From an uncultured Gemmatimonadales bacterium (GTDB lineage Bacteria; Gemmatimonadota; Gemmatimonadetes; Longimicrobiales; RSA9), in NCBI GenBank assembly GCA_963816355.1, contig CAWFKH010000003.1, positions 864,001 to 928,000 of the forward strand: a stretch of DNA of 64,000 bases. Direction: 5' to 3'. Each line of letters opens with the position of its first letter. The stretch's first letter is position 1. Under the pieces are notes generated by a model. That model worked only from the letters and a program-made list of their open reading frames with translations, did no database searches and was not told the origin of the DNA. The position numbers and the translations under genes were made by a program. Shown here piece by piece: positions 50,541-60,038 of the stretch.

Positions 50541-50601
50541 GGTGAATGCATCGTGCTGTCTCAGGATGCGCGGGCGCGGGCTATTTGGCAAGGGATTCAC
50601 C
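50541..50601 (-). promoter_or_regulatory. Putative ric operon promoter flanked by inverted repeats
   Basis: TTGCCA-N17-CATCCT; GGTGAAT (50541) / ATTCACC (50595) inverted repeat, with inner GCATC/GATGC. Confidence 0.45.
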
Positions 50602-50608
50602 ATGACAA

Positions 50609-52462
50609 TTACGGGCCGGCGTCGGGACGGCGGCCATAGGCGCGCTCGGCGCGGCCCGCGGCCTCGAGGCGCAGCGTGTGGGCGGAGAGGAGGTCGCTGC
50701 GGGTGACGATGCCGGTGAGGTGGGAGGGCCGGTCGCGGCGCACGACGGGGAGGCGTCCGACGCCCGCGCGGACCATGAGGTCGGCGGCCTCGCGGAGGGT
50801 GCTGTCCTCGTAGGCGATGGCGGGCGGCCGGCGGACCAGCTCACGGATGGTGGCGACGCCGTCGCTCTCCAGGATGTCCCTGCGGGTGACGACGCCGACG
50901 AGCTGCTCCCGGGCGTCGAGGACGGGAAAGCCCTGGTGCGCGGCCGCGTCGGCGTCGCGGGTGAGCCACTGGCGGACGGTCTGGACGGGCACGGAGGCGC
51001 TCAGGGTGGTGACGTCGCGGGTGGCGACGGCAGCGACGAGCACCTGTGAGAAGAAGTCGGCGGCGTAGTCGGTGCGCACGTGCATGCCGCGGCGGGCCAG
51101 CTTCTCGGTCATGATGGAGCTGGACATGAGGAGCATGGAGACGCCGTAGGCGACGGCGGAGCCGGCGAGGATGGGGAGCAGGGCCATGGGCTGGCGGGTG
51201 GTTTCGAAGGCGAAGACGACGGAGGCCAGCAGGGCGTGGGAGGCGCCGGCGAACATGGCGGCCATGCCGACGAGCGCCGCGGCGTGGGGATCGAGGCCGA
51301 GCCCCGGCAACAGCCGGGCTCCGAGCTCGCCCAGCAGTCCGCCCAGGCCGCCGCCGATGATGAACAGCGGGGCGAGCGTGCCACCGGAGGTGCCGCTGCC
51401 GAGGTAAATGGCCCAGGAGACGAACTTCAGAGCGACCAGCAGGAAGAGGGCGCGGCCCACCAGGCGGCCATCGATGATGGCCTCGATGTGGGCGTAGCCG
51501 ACGCCGAGGGTGCGGGGCTCGATGTAGCCGATGACGCCCACGGCGACGGCGCCGAAGGCGGGCCACCACATCCAGTGGACGGGCAGCCGCTCGAACGCGT
51601 CCTCGACGCCGTAGACGGCGCGCGTGACCCCCACGGCGGCGAGGCCGAGCAGGACGCCCACGCCGGCGTAGCCGGTGAGCCCCGTCCAGTCCGGCGCCGC
51701 GAGCGTGGGGACGTGGAAGATGGGCTCGTTCCCGAAGAAGGCGATGCGCACCACGGTCGCGGTGGCGGAGGCCAGCGCGACGGGCACGAGGGAGCGGGCG
51801 CGGTACTCGAAGAGCAGCAGCTCGACGGCGAGCAGGACCGCGGAGACGGGGCTGCCGAAGGTGGCGGCCATGCCGGCGGCCGCGCCGGCGGCCAGCAGCG
51901 TCTTGCGCTCGTCGGCGGTGATGCGCAGCGCCTGCCCGACCACCGAGCCCAGCGCGCCGCCCGTGGCGATGATGGGCCCCTCGGCTCCGAAGGGGCCGCC
52001 GGTGCCGATGGCGATGGCGGAGGAGAGCGGCTTGAGGAACATGACGCGGGCCGAGATGCGGCTGCCGGCCAGCAGCACGCGCTCCATGACCTCGGGGATC
52101 CCGTGGCCGCGGATGGCCGCGCTGCCGTAGCGCGCCATGACGCCGATGACGAGCGCTCCCGCCACGGGGACCAGGATGCTCCACGCACCGAGTCGGCTGA
52201 TGTCCGGTGCGACGAAGTTCGTGGAGAGGCGGCCGAGGTAGGCGAGATTGGTGATGAGCCCGATGAGCCGGATGAGCCCCACCGCGACCAAGCCGGCCGC
52301 CGCGGCTACCGCCACCGCCACCGCCGAGATGAATACGACCCGCGGCTCGAGCGCCGCGCTCTCCGCCGGTGCCTGCACGGACGCCAGCGCGGGCTCCATG
52401 GACGGCGCGACGGGCAGCGCGTCGGCAGCGGCCCGGCGCGCGGGGTTCTCTTCGGGGCTCAT
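50609..52462 (-). CDS. ClC-family anion channel/antiporter with tandem CBS domains
   Basis: GHGIP, GGPFGAEGP, GAAAGMAATF, SGGTLAP; CBS motifs GFPVLD and RLPVV. Confidence 0.93.
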   Translation of the reverse strand: MSPEENPARRAAADALPVAPSMEPALASVQAPAESAALEPRVVFISAVAVAVAAAAGLVAVGLIRLIGLITNLAYLGRLSTNFVAPDISRLGAWSILVPVAGALVIGVMARYGSAAIRGHGIPEVMERVLLAGSRISARVMFLKPLSSAIAIGTGGPFGAEGPIIATGGALGSVVGQALRITADERKTLLAAGAAAGMAATFGSPVSAVLLAVELLLFEYRARSLVPVALASATATVVRIAFFGNEPIFHVPTLAAPDWTGLTGYAGVGVLLGLAAVGVTRAVYGVEDAFERLPVHWMWWPAFGAVAVGVIGYIEPRTLGVGYAHIEAIIDGRLVGRALFLLVALKFVSWAIYLGSGTSGGTLAPLFIIGGGLGGLLGELGARLLPGLGLDPHAAALVGMAAMFAGASHALLASVVFAFETTRQPMALLPILAGSAVAYGVSMLLMSSSIMTEKLARRGMHVRTDYAADFFSQVLVAAVATRDVTTLSASVPVQTVRQWLTRDADAAAHQGFPVLDAREQLVGVVTRRDILESDGVATIRELVRRPPAIAYEDSTLREAADLMVRAGVGRLPVVRRDRPSHLTGIVTRSDLLSAHTLRLEAAGRAERAYGRRPDAGP

Positions 52463-52609
52463 GCTTCGGTTCTGCTCGTGCGCGGGAGGATTTCCGACGT
52501 CCAGGTGCAGATTGTCCGGCGAATGGTATCGCATCCCGCGGCGCCCCGTCCAGACGACTCGAGACCGTGGACCCCGGTAGGACGCAGCCGTGCCCGGCCT
52601 CGGAATCCA

Positions 52610-52862
52610 CCCCCTGGAGATGCGGATTGGCGCGCGCTACGCGCCCGTGCGCGACATACTGCTGCGGCTGAGCACCAACGTCGTGGGTCCGTACACGCCG
52701 TTCGACGAGCCGGGCGTGGTGCTGGATCCGTACGCGCTGCTGCACGCCTCCCCAGCCGTGACCTACGGCGACGTGCGCGTGCTGGTCGGCATCCGCAACC
52801 TCCTCGACCGAACGTACCCAGCGCTGCGCGCCGGGGGCTTCGTCTCCCCCGGCCAGCCGTGG
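52610..52862 (+). pseudogene. 3' fragment of a TonB-dependent receptor
   Basis: GPYTPFDEPG, VGIRNLLDRTY, VSPGQP C-terminal barrel pattern; no plug or N-terminus. Confidence 0.6.
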
Positions 52863-52918
52863 CGTCCGGCCGCGCTTCGGGACGCGCTGAAGCGTCGTCG
52901 CCCGTTCAGCGTCTCGCG

Positions 52919-54994
52919 TCAATTCAGGCGGAGCTGGACGCGCACCGTGCGGCCGGGCTGTGGCAGGCCGCACTGGTCGTAGGCGACGCCGTCCGTCACG
53001 TTCTCGAGCGCGAGGAGCCCGGCGAGCCTGCGAAACGCCCCGCCGCCGAGCGACACCGTGCGGCGCAGCTCGGCGTTCCAGCGGGTGCTGGCGCCCAGGC
53101 GCTGCATCCCTTCGCGGTTCGGATGTACGCAGTACTGTGCGCCGACGTGCCTCGCTTCCAGCCCGCCGAGGAGGCCGAACGCGATCGGCGCCTCCGCGGT
53201 CGCTCCCGCGGTGAAGCGGGGCTGATACTCGACGTGCTGGCCCGCGGCCGCGCCGACCAGGCGCACGCGCTGCAGCGTCCCATCGGCGCTCATCGACAGC
53301 CGCGGCCCGCCATACAGCGCGAGCAGCTCGAGCCCGGCCGCGCGGATCTCGTCCTGGTTGACGCGCTTGAATCTGCTCGCCCCATCGGCGTCGACGCGCG
53401 TGCGCGCGATGGCGCCCGACAGACGGTGGGCGTACGCGACAGCCTGCAGCTCCGCGCGCTCGAGCCGCGCCGTGAAGCCGGCCTCGAGCGCCGTCAGCAC
53501 TTCGGCCTCGAGCGCGGGGTTCGGCTCGAACCGGCCGAGGGCGCCCGAGTACAGCTCGCGCAGCGAAGGAAAGCGCGCCCGCCGGCTGGCGGCCGCGTGC
53601 GCCATCCACGACCCGCCGAGCAGCGCGCTCGCGCCCGCGCGGGCGCCCCAGTCGCGTAACGCGCCGAGCGGCGGCTTGTCGCCGCTCAGCGGCGTGTCCG
53701 CGCCGTCCACGGCCAAGCCGAAGCTCGCCCGGATCTGGCGCGTCGCGCGCAGCTCCGCCTCGCCGCCGACGCTCCAGAGCCGCTGGCGATACGCGCCGCC
53801 GCCGGAGTGGAGCAGCGTCTCGTCGTGCCGCACGTCCGCGAAGGTCGCGGCCGCGCGCAACGCCGCCGCACCGAAGGTGCGCTCGCCCAGCAGCCGCGCA
53901 GTCAGCGTACGGTCGCTGTCCGACTCGCCCTCCACCACGTCCCGGTATTCGGCCGAGTCGTAGGCATCGATGACGGTCCGGCCCACGTCCGCGCCGAGGC
54001 TCAGCGTGGCCGCGCCGTCGAGCGCCGTGCCGGCTCCAAGCGTGGCAACCGTGAGCAGGCGCCGCTGCTCCCGGTAGCGCCAGAAGCGCGGATCGCTGAC
54101 GTGCGCCTCGGGCGGCACGCCGCGCTCCGCCGTGAAGCCGGATGCCATGAACGACAGCCGCGGGCCCTCCGTGCCGCCGTAGCGGGCGGAGATGAAGCCG
54201 TCGAAGCGCTCCGCGTCGCTGTTCAGCCGCAGACCATTCGGGCCCTCGAGCAGCGCGCGCTGCGCCGTACCGCACGGGTCACCCTCACCCGCGGCGCACG
54301 GTTCGATCGGGACGTCGGGCAGCGGCACGCCGGGGCGGCCCTTGTGGCCGAGCCCGGCCCGGAAGCGGAGCATGCCCGACAGCGCCGTGCCGCCGCCGGA
54401 CCCGCTGGCGCTGCGGCCGCCGACGTCGTCCACGGATGCGGCGGCCGACGACGCGATCCGGCCCTCGACATCCCCGCGCGCGACCTCCACTTCGATCAAC
54501 CCGGCGAGGACGTTCGGTCCGGCGAGCACGGAGGGCAGGCCGCGCACGAGGCGGAGCTGGCGCGCGGCCGTGAGCGGCACGATGGACAGGTCCGTGCGGT
54601 GGTCCCAGCCGAGCGTGATCGGCACGCCGTCCACCAGAATCGCGATCTGCCTCTCGCCCGACCCGCGCAGCGCCGGCTGCGTCTCGCCGCGCGAGTTCGC
54701 GCGCACCTGCACCAGCGGAAAGGCTCGCAACGCCTGCTCGAGCGTCGGCGCCGGCGGCACCTCGAGCGAGTCGAGGTCCGCCTCGACGGCGCTGACCCCG
54801 CCCGTCGACGTCGGCCGCGCCACCTGCACGACCAGGCCCTCGACCGAAAAGATGGGCGCGCCCGCCGTATCGGCGCGCGCACGCCTCAGCGAGTCCGGCG
54901 TCTGCGCGTCGGCATCGGCGCCGAGCCCGAAAACCGCCGCGCCGGCCGCTGCCACGGTTCGCAGCGTGCGGCGCAGGTGCGAAGCTCCTGCCAT
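52919..54994 (-). CDS. TonB-dependent receptor
   Basis: Signal peptide, plug (LRGS..RQIAILVDGVP, RGLPSVLAG), RFPSLRELY, NPALEAE, ENVTD, PGRTVRV; RBS AAGGAG. Confidence 0.9.
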   Translation of the reverse strand: MAGASHLRRTLRTVAAAGAAVFGLGADADAQTPDSLRRARADTAGAPIFSVEGLVVQVARPTSTGGVSAVEADLDSLEVPPAPTLEQALRAFPLVQVRANSRGETQPALRGSGERQIAILVDGVPITLGWDHRTDLSIVPLTAARQLRLVRGLPSVLAGPNVLAGLIEVEVARGDVEGRIASSAAASVDDVGGRSASGSGGGTALSGMLRFRAGLGHKGRPGVPLPDVPIEPCAAGEGDPCGTAQRALLEGPNGLRLNSDAERFDGFISARYGGTEGPRLSFMASGFTAERGVPPEAHVSDPRFWRYREQRRLLTVATLGAGTALDGAATLSLGADVGRTVIDAYDSAEYRDVVEGESDSDRTLTARLLGERTFGAAALRAAATFADVRHDETLLHSGGGAYRQRLWSVGGEAELRATRQIRASFGLAVDGADTPLSGDKPPLGALRDWGARAGASALLGGSWMAHAAASRRARFPSLRELYSGALGRFEPNPALEAEVLTALEAGFTARLERAELQAVAYAHRLSGAIARTRVDADGASRFKRVNQDEIRAAGLELLALYGGPRLSMSADGTLQRVRLVGAAAGQHVEYQPRFTAGATAEAPIAFGLLGGLEARHVGAQYCVHPNREGMQRLGASTRWNAELRRTVSLGGGAFRRLAGLLALENVTDGVAYDQCGLPQPGRTVRVQLRLN

Positions 54995-55007
54995 TGGCTC
55001 CTTACCT

Positions 55008-55898
55008 GAGGAAGTGGAACGGACGGACGCCGGCATCGTGGTCGTCGACTTCTTTCGCACGCTGGTCGGGATCGTGGCGGCGAGCCCCGACGCCCCAGCC
55101 GAACTGCCCGGCGTCCTGCAGCGGCTCGCGATGCACCTTACCACCTGGCAGGTGACGTCGTTCCTGGTGGGGGAGTACGAGGAGGGGGACAAAAGGGGAA
55201 TCCGGTCTTCACCATCGCGGACACGATCCTCTGGCTCGAGCAGGCCGTCGACAACAACTCGGTCGTTCGCAAGCTGCAGGTCGTGAAAGTCCGGGGGCAG
55301 GCGCCGATGCCGGGATTCCACTCGGTGCTGGTCACCGGCCCGTCGGGCTCGGGCAAATCCGTGCTCGCCACACAGTTCATGGCCGAAGGCGCGAAGCAGG
55401 GCGAGGCGGGAGTGCTCGTCGTCTTCGAAGAACATCCAAAAGAGTACGCCGGACGAGACCCTGCACGAGATCCGGGAAGCCGTGACGCGCGTGGGGGCCA
55501 GGCGCGTGGTCATCGATTCGATGTCGGGCTTCGAACTCGCCCTCGCCCCCACCTTCCGGGCGGACTTTCGCGAGTCGCTCTACCGGCTCGTCGGTGCCCT
55601 CACCGGCGTCGGGATCGCTGTGCTGACCACCATGGAGGTCGCCCAGGGGCAGGACGAGCTCCGGTTCACCCCCAACGTGATCTCCTTCCTCGCCGACGAC
55701 CTCATCTCACTCCGCTACGTCGAGGTGGACAGGGCGCTCAAGAAGGTCGCGGCCATAGTGAAGATGCGCGGGAGCCAGCACAGCAAGGCGTATAGGGAAT
55801 ACGAAATCACAGAGACCGGCTTCGTCGTCGGTGGAGATCTGGACGGATACACTGGCCGCATCAGCGGGGCCGTAACGCTCACCCGCGAGGGCGAATGA
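55008..55898 (+). pseudogene. Decayed KaiC-like (double RecA domain) ATPase
   Basis: Three frames: IVVVD..LVGEY; IADTILWL..RKLQVVKVRG..GPSGSGKS..FEE; RRVVIDS..KMRGSQHS; 5' end missing, internal deletions. Confidence 0.85.
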
Positions 55899-56022
55899 CC
55901 TTCGCTCACCACTGATCTGTCGCCGCTCTCCTGCCAGGTGGGCACACCGCCGCAGTACCCGTACGTGCGCCCGTGCGCCCCGATCCACCCGGGAGAGCTC
56001 CGGACTCCGCCTTGCCGTCCAC

Positions 56023-56619
56023 TCAGCCGAGCCGCCCGACCATCGCCCGCACCGCGACCAGAAATTCGTCCATGTCGAAGTTCTGCGGGTCGACCATCGC
56101 CTGGACGGCGCAGCCGTGGATCCAGCTCACGGCGACGCCGGCGAGACCTTCCGCGGTGACCCCCGCCGAGGCCCACCCCTCCGTCTGGAGCAGCTCCGCC
56201 ATGGTCTCCCGGAACGCGCCGCGATAGCGTTCCAGCTCCGCGCCGATCCGCGCCCGGATCGCGGCGTGCTGGGCACCCAGTGCCCAGTACTCCAGGAACA
56301 GCCGCGTGTGCTCGGGCTGGCGAGCCAGCCGGGACATCTCCTGCTGCAACAGCGCGTGCAGCCGGTCGAGCGCTCGGGGGAAGTGCGCGATGTCCTCCGT
56401 GATGTGCAGGACCGACGTGGTCTCGATCAGCCAGTCGAGCAGCCCCCGCACCAGCCGGTCCTTGCGGCCGAAATGGAACAGCACCAGTCCGTGGCTGACC
56501 CCAGCCTCCGCCGCCACGGACCGGACGGTCAGGCGCCGGACTCCATCCCGGCAGGCCACGCGGAACGCCGCGGCCAGCAGCTGCGCGCGGCGGGTCTCCT
56601 CCGGCAGACGTCTCGGCAT
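56023..56619 (-). CDS. TetR-family regulator, BetI-like
   Basis: RRAQLLAAA, TVRSVAAEAGVSHGLVLFHFGRKD, LFLEYW, IHG. Confidence 0.9.
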   Translation of the reverse strand: MPRRLPEETRRAQLLAAAFRVACRDGVRRLTVRSVAAEAGVSHGLVLFHFGRKDRLVRGLLDWLIETTSVLHITEDIAHFPRALDRLHALLQQEMSRLARQPEHTRLFLEYWALGAQHAAIRARIGAELERYRGAFRETMAELLQTEGWASAGVTAEGLAGVAVSWIHGCAVQAMVDPQNFDMDEFLVAVRAMVGRLG

Positions 56620-56671
56620 CCATGCTCCACGGTCCGGGATCGGCGGCCCCGCTCCGGCAACGCGCCGCTGT

Positions 56672-56702
56672 TATTGACCACATGTCCAGAACAGTGTATG
56701 TT
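56672..56702 (+). promoter_or_regulatory. cheBR promoter with TetR-type box
   Basis: TTGACC-N17-TATGTT with TG extension; box TATTGACCACATGTCCAGAA. Confidence 0.65.
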
Positions 56703-56783
56703 ATGTCGTGGCCGCGGGTCAAGACTCGGGCCGCAGCTGCTTTTCGACGTGCCCTCTCCTACTCGCCACGCGAAGGCTCCACG

Positions 56784-59700
56784 ATGGAGAGAACGAGCCA
56801 GAAGGATCGGCCCACCCGGCGAGGACGCGATCGGAGGGTGCCGATCGTGGCCATCGGCGCGTCCGCGGGCGGTCTGAAGGCGCTTCAGGATCTCGTCGGC
56901 GCGATCCCGGCCGACAGCGGCAGGGCGTATGTCGTGATCATGCACCTGGACCCGGATCGGGAGAGCCGGATCGCGGAGCTCCTTCAGGACCGTGCTTCCA
57001 TCCCGGTGTCGCAGGTCGGCAAGCCGACGGTGGTGGAAGCGGACCACATCTACGTCATCCCGCCGGACCGTGACCTGGAGATGGGCGATGGAGTGATCGG
57101 GGTGCGGGAGCGGGGCGAGCGCGCGGACCGGGCGCCGGTGGACCTGTTCTTCCGGACGCTGGCCGAGGCGTACGGTCCGGAGGCGGTCGGGGTGGTGCTG
57201 TCGGGCACGGGATCGGACGGGGCGGCGGGGGTGCGATCGATCCGGGAGGCAGGCGGGATCACGGTGGCGCAGTCGCCCGGCGAGGCGGATTACGAGGGGA
57301 TGCCGGCGAGCGCGATCGCCACGGGACTGGTCGACCTGATCCTGCCGTCGTCCCGGATTCCGACGGAGCTGCATCGCCTGGAGCGGCGGCCGCCGCCGGT
57401 CGTCTCGGCGGGAAATGGCGGGGACGTGGAGGAGGAACTGGCGCCGGTATTCGCGGCGCTGCGGGGGGGCACAGGCCACGATTTCAGCATGTACAAGCGG
57501 TCGACGTTGCTGCGCAGGCTGGAGCGTCGTCTGCTGTTCAACGGACTGGACACGCTGGCGGAATACGTGACGCTCTTGCGGTCCAGCCAGGCGGAGCGCC
57601 AGGCGCTGCTTCGGGACCTGCTCATCTCTGTGAGCTCGTTCTTCCGCGATCCCGAGGCGTTCGACGGGCTGGCGAAGGCGGTGCCCGGCCTGTTCGAGGG
57701 GAAGGGTCCGGCGGACACGGTGCGGATCTGGGTGGTGGGGTGCGCGTCGGCGGAGGAGGTCTATTCCATCGCCATGATCCTGGCGGAGCACGCGGCGACG
57801 CTGCTGGACCCGCCGGCGATCCAGATGTTCGCCACTGACATCGACGAGCGCGGGTACGCATGGGGCCGGGAAGGGCTGTACTCGTCGGCGGCGGTGGCGA
57901 GCGTGGAGCCGGAGCGGCTGCGGCGGTTCTTCACGAAAGAGCCGGGCGGGTACCGGGTCAGCAAGTCGCTGCGTGAGCTCGTGCTCTTCGCCGTGCACAA
58001 CGTTCTGCGGGATCCGCCGTTCGCGCGGATCGACCTCGTCAGCTGCCGGAATCTGTTCATCTACCTGCAGCCGGAGGCGCAGCAGCAGGCGCTCGAGACG
58101 CTGCATTATGCGCTGAACCCGGAGGGCCTCCTGTTCCTCGGTGCGTCCGAATCCGCGGGAGGGGACGGCCTCTTCACCGCCTTCGGGCCGCCGGTGCACC
58201 GGATCTTCCGCCGAAGCCTGGTACCGGGCCGGATGCCGCGATTGTCCGCGGTGGATCCGGTGGCACGCACGAGCGCGGGGACGGGTGCGGCCGCGGAGGA
58301 TCGGCCGGACGCGTTCTCCTATGGCGCCGTCCACATGCACATGCTGGAGGAGTATGCGGAGCCGAGCGCGGTCGTGGATGAGCGCTGGGAGGTGGTCCAT
58401 CTGTCGGCCGGCGTCGGCCGCTTCCTCCGTCTGCGGGAAGGGGAGCCGAGCCGTCGCATCCTGGACCTGACGACCGCCGACCTGCGGACGGCGCTGCGCA
58501 CCGGGCTGCACCAGGCGTTCACGAAGGGGACGGCCACGACGCGGGTGGTCCGATCGGACGGCGATGGGCAGGTTCGCGTTCGGGTCCGGCCGGGCTCTCC
58601 GAGCGGGATGGGAAGCCGATTCGCCCTGCTGCTCTTCGGGGACGTGGACGGCGCGCCGACGGCCGTTCCCGCCGAGGCAGACGCCGGTGCGGACCGGTCG
58701 GACGCCCGCGATCTGGAGGAGGAGCTGTGGCAGACGAGGGAGCAACTGGAGGCAACGAGCGCGTCCTACGACCACACGGTGGCCGAGCTCCAGGCGGTGA
58801 ACGAGGAGCTGCGATCCATCAACGAGGAGCAGAAGGCGGCCGCCGAGGAGCTGGAGACGAGCCGTGAGGAGATCCAGTCGATCAATGAAGAGCTGACGAC
58901 GATCAATCAGGAGCACCAGGGCACCATCGAGGAGCTAAAGCACACGAACGGGGACCTGCAGAACCTCATCGAGTCGACGGAGATCGGCACCATCTTCCTC
59001 GACCGCGCCATGCGGATCCGTCGCTTCACGCCCGCCGCGGCGGCGCTCTTCAATTTCGTCGTCACCGACCACGGCCGGCCCTTCGCCCACATCACGCACC
59101 GCCTGGCCTATCCCGATCTGGTGGCGGACGTGACGCATGTACTCGAGTCGCTGGAGCGGATCGAGCGGGAGGTGATCAGCGAGAGCGGCGCGTCCTACAT
59201 CGTCCGCATGAACCCTTACCGCTCCCTGGATGGGAAGGTCGACGGCGCCGTACTGACGTTCTTCGACCACACGGCCCGGCGTGCGATCGAGGATGAGCTG
59301 CGAGAGGCGAAGGCCGTGGCGGAAGCGGCGAGCAGCGCCAAGACCACGTTCATGGGCACGCTCTCGCACGAGCTCCGGACGCCGCTGAGCGCGATCCTGG
59401 GCTATGCCGAAATCCTCCAGATGGATGGGACGCTCAACGCGGAGCAGAACCACAGGGTGGACCGGATCCGGGCGGGCGCCGACCACCTGGCCGCGATGAT
59501 CGAGGGCCTCCTGAGCTTCACGCGTATGGACATGGGACGGGAAGCGGTGGATCGTCAGGAACTGGACGCCCGGGCGGTCATGAGGGAGGCGCACTCCCTC
59601 ATGGCGCCGATGGTGGCCGCCAAAGGGCTGACGTTCACCCTCGACGTGCCCGCGGAAGCCGTCCGGCTGAAGACCGACGTCGTGAAGGTGCGCCAGATCC

Positions 59701-60038
59701 TGATGAACCTGTGTGGAAACGCCGTCAAGTACACGGAGACCGGCGACGTCCGGTTCCGGTTGCACGCCGAGGGCGGGCGCCTCGTGTTCGAGGTGACGGA
59801 TACGGGGATCGGGATCGCGGCCGAGCACCACGAGCGGATCTTCGAGCGCTTCTGGCAGGTGGACGGAGGCCACACGCGGACGTCCGGCGGGCTGGGCGTG
59901 GGCCTCGCCGCCGTGCGGGAGTACAGTCGGCTGCTCGGTGGGGACGTGGAGGTGGAGAGCGAGCTGGGCAGCGGCAGTACCTTCCGTTTCTGGCTCCCCC
60001 GCCTGCGCAGAGAAGACGATGCACTCGAAGGGCCATGA
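56784..60038 (+). CDS. CheB-CheR-PAS-histidine kinase fusion
   Basis: GASAGG/MHL/GTGSDG (CheB triad), GCASAEE/FATDID/CRNLFIY (CheR), NEEL coiled coil, PAS, SHELRTPL, NAVKYT, DTGIGI, GLGVGL. Confidence 0.94.
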   Translation: MERTSQKDRPTRRGRDRRVPIVAIGASAGGLKALQDLVGAIPADSGRAYVVIMHLDPDRESRIAELLQDRASIPVSQVGKPTVVEADHIYVIPPDRDLEMGDGVIGVRERGERADRAPVDLFFRTLAEAYGPEAVGVVLSGTGSDGAAGVRSIREAGGITVAQSPGEADYEGMPASAIATGLVDLILPSSRIPTELHRLERRPPPVVSAGNGGDVEEELAPVFAALRGGTGHDFSMYKRSTLLRRLERRLLFNGLDTLAEYVTLLRSSQAERQALLRDLLISVSSFFRDPEAFDGLAKAVPGLFEGKGPADTVRIWVVGCASAEEVYSIAMILAEHAATLLDPPAIQMFATDIDERGYAWGREGLYSSAAVASVEPERLRRFFTKEPGGYRVSKSLRELVLFAVHNVLRDPPFARIDLVSCRNLFIYLQPEAQQQALETLHYALNPEGLLFLGASESAGGDGLFTAFGPPVHRIFRRSLVPGRMPRLSAVDPVARTSAGTGAAAEDRPDAFSYGAVHMHMLEEYAEPSAVVDERWEVVHLSAGVGRFLRLREGEPSRRILDLTTADLRTALRTGLHQAFTKGTATTRVVRSDGDGQVRVRVRPGSPSGMGSRFALLLFGDVDGAPTAVPAEADAGADRSDARDLEEELWQTREQLEATSASYDHTVAELQAVNEELRSINEEQKAAAEELETSREEIQSINEELTTINQEHQGTIEELKHTNGDLQNLIESTEIGTIFLDRAMRIRRFTPAAAALFNFVVTDHGRPFAHITHRLAYPDLVADVTHVLESLERIEREVISESGASYIVRMNPYRSLDGKVDGAVLTFFDHTARRAIEDELREAKAVAEAASSAKTTFMGTLSHELRTPLSAILGYAEILQMDGTLNAEQNHRVDRIRAGADHLAAMIEGLLSFTRMDMGREAVDRQELDARAVMREAHSLMAPMVAAKGLTFTLDVPAEAVRLKTDVVKVRQILMNLCGNAVKYTETGDVRFRLHAEGGRLVFEVTDTGIGIAAEHHERIFERFWQVDGGHTRTSGGLGVGLAAVREYSRLLGGDVEVESELGSGSTFRFWLPRLRREDDALEGP

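Noticed and set aside
55008..55898. Functional circadian KaiC system
   Set aside because: Gene is fragmented, with no kaiA or kaiB
56686..56711. dif-like site (TGTATG-TTATGTC)
   Set aside because: Better explained as the -10 region of the cheBR promoter; no XerC arm
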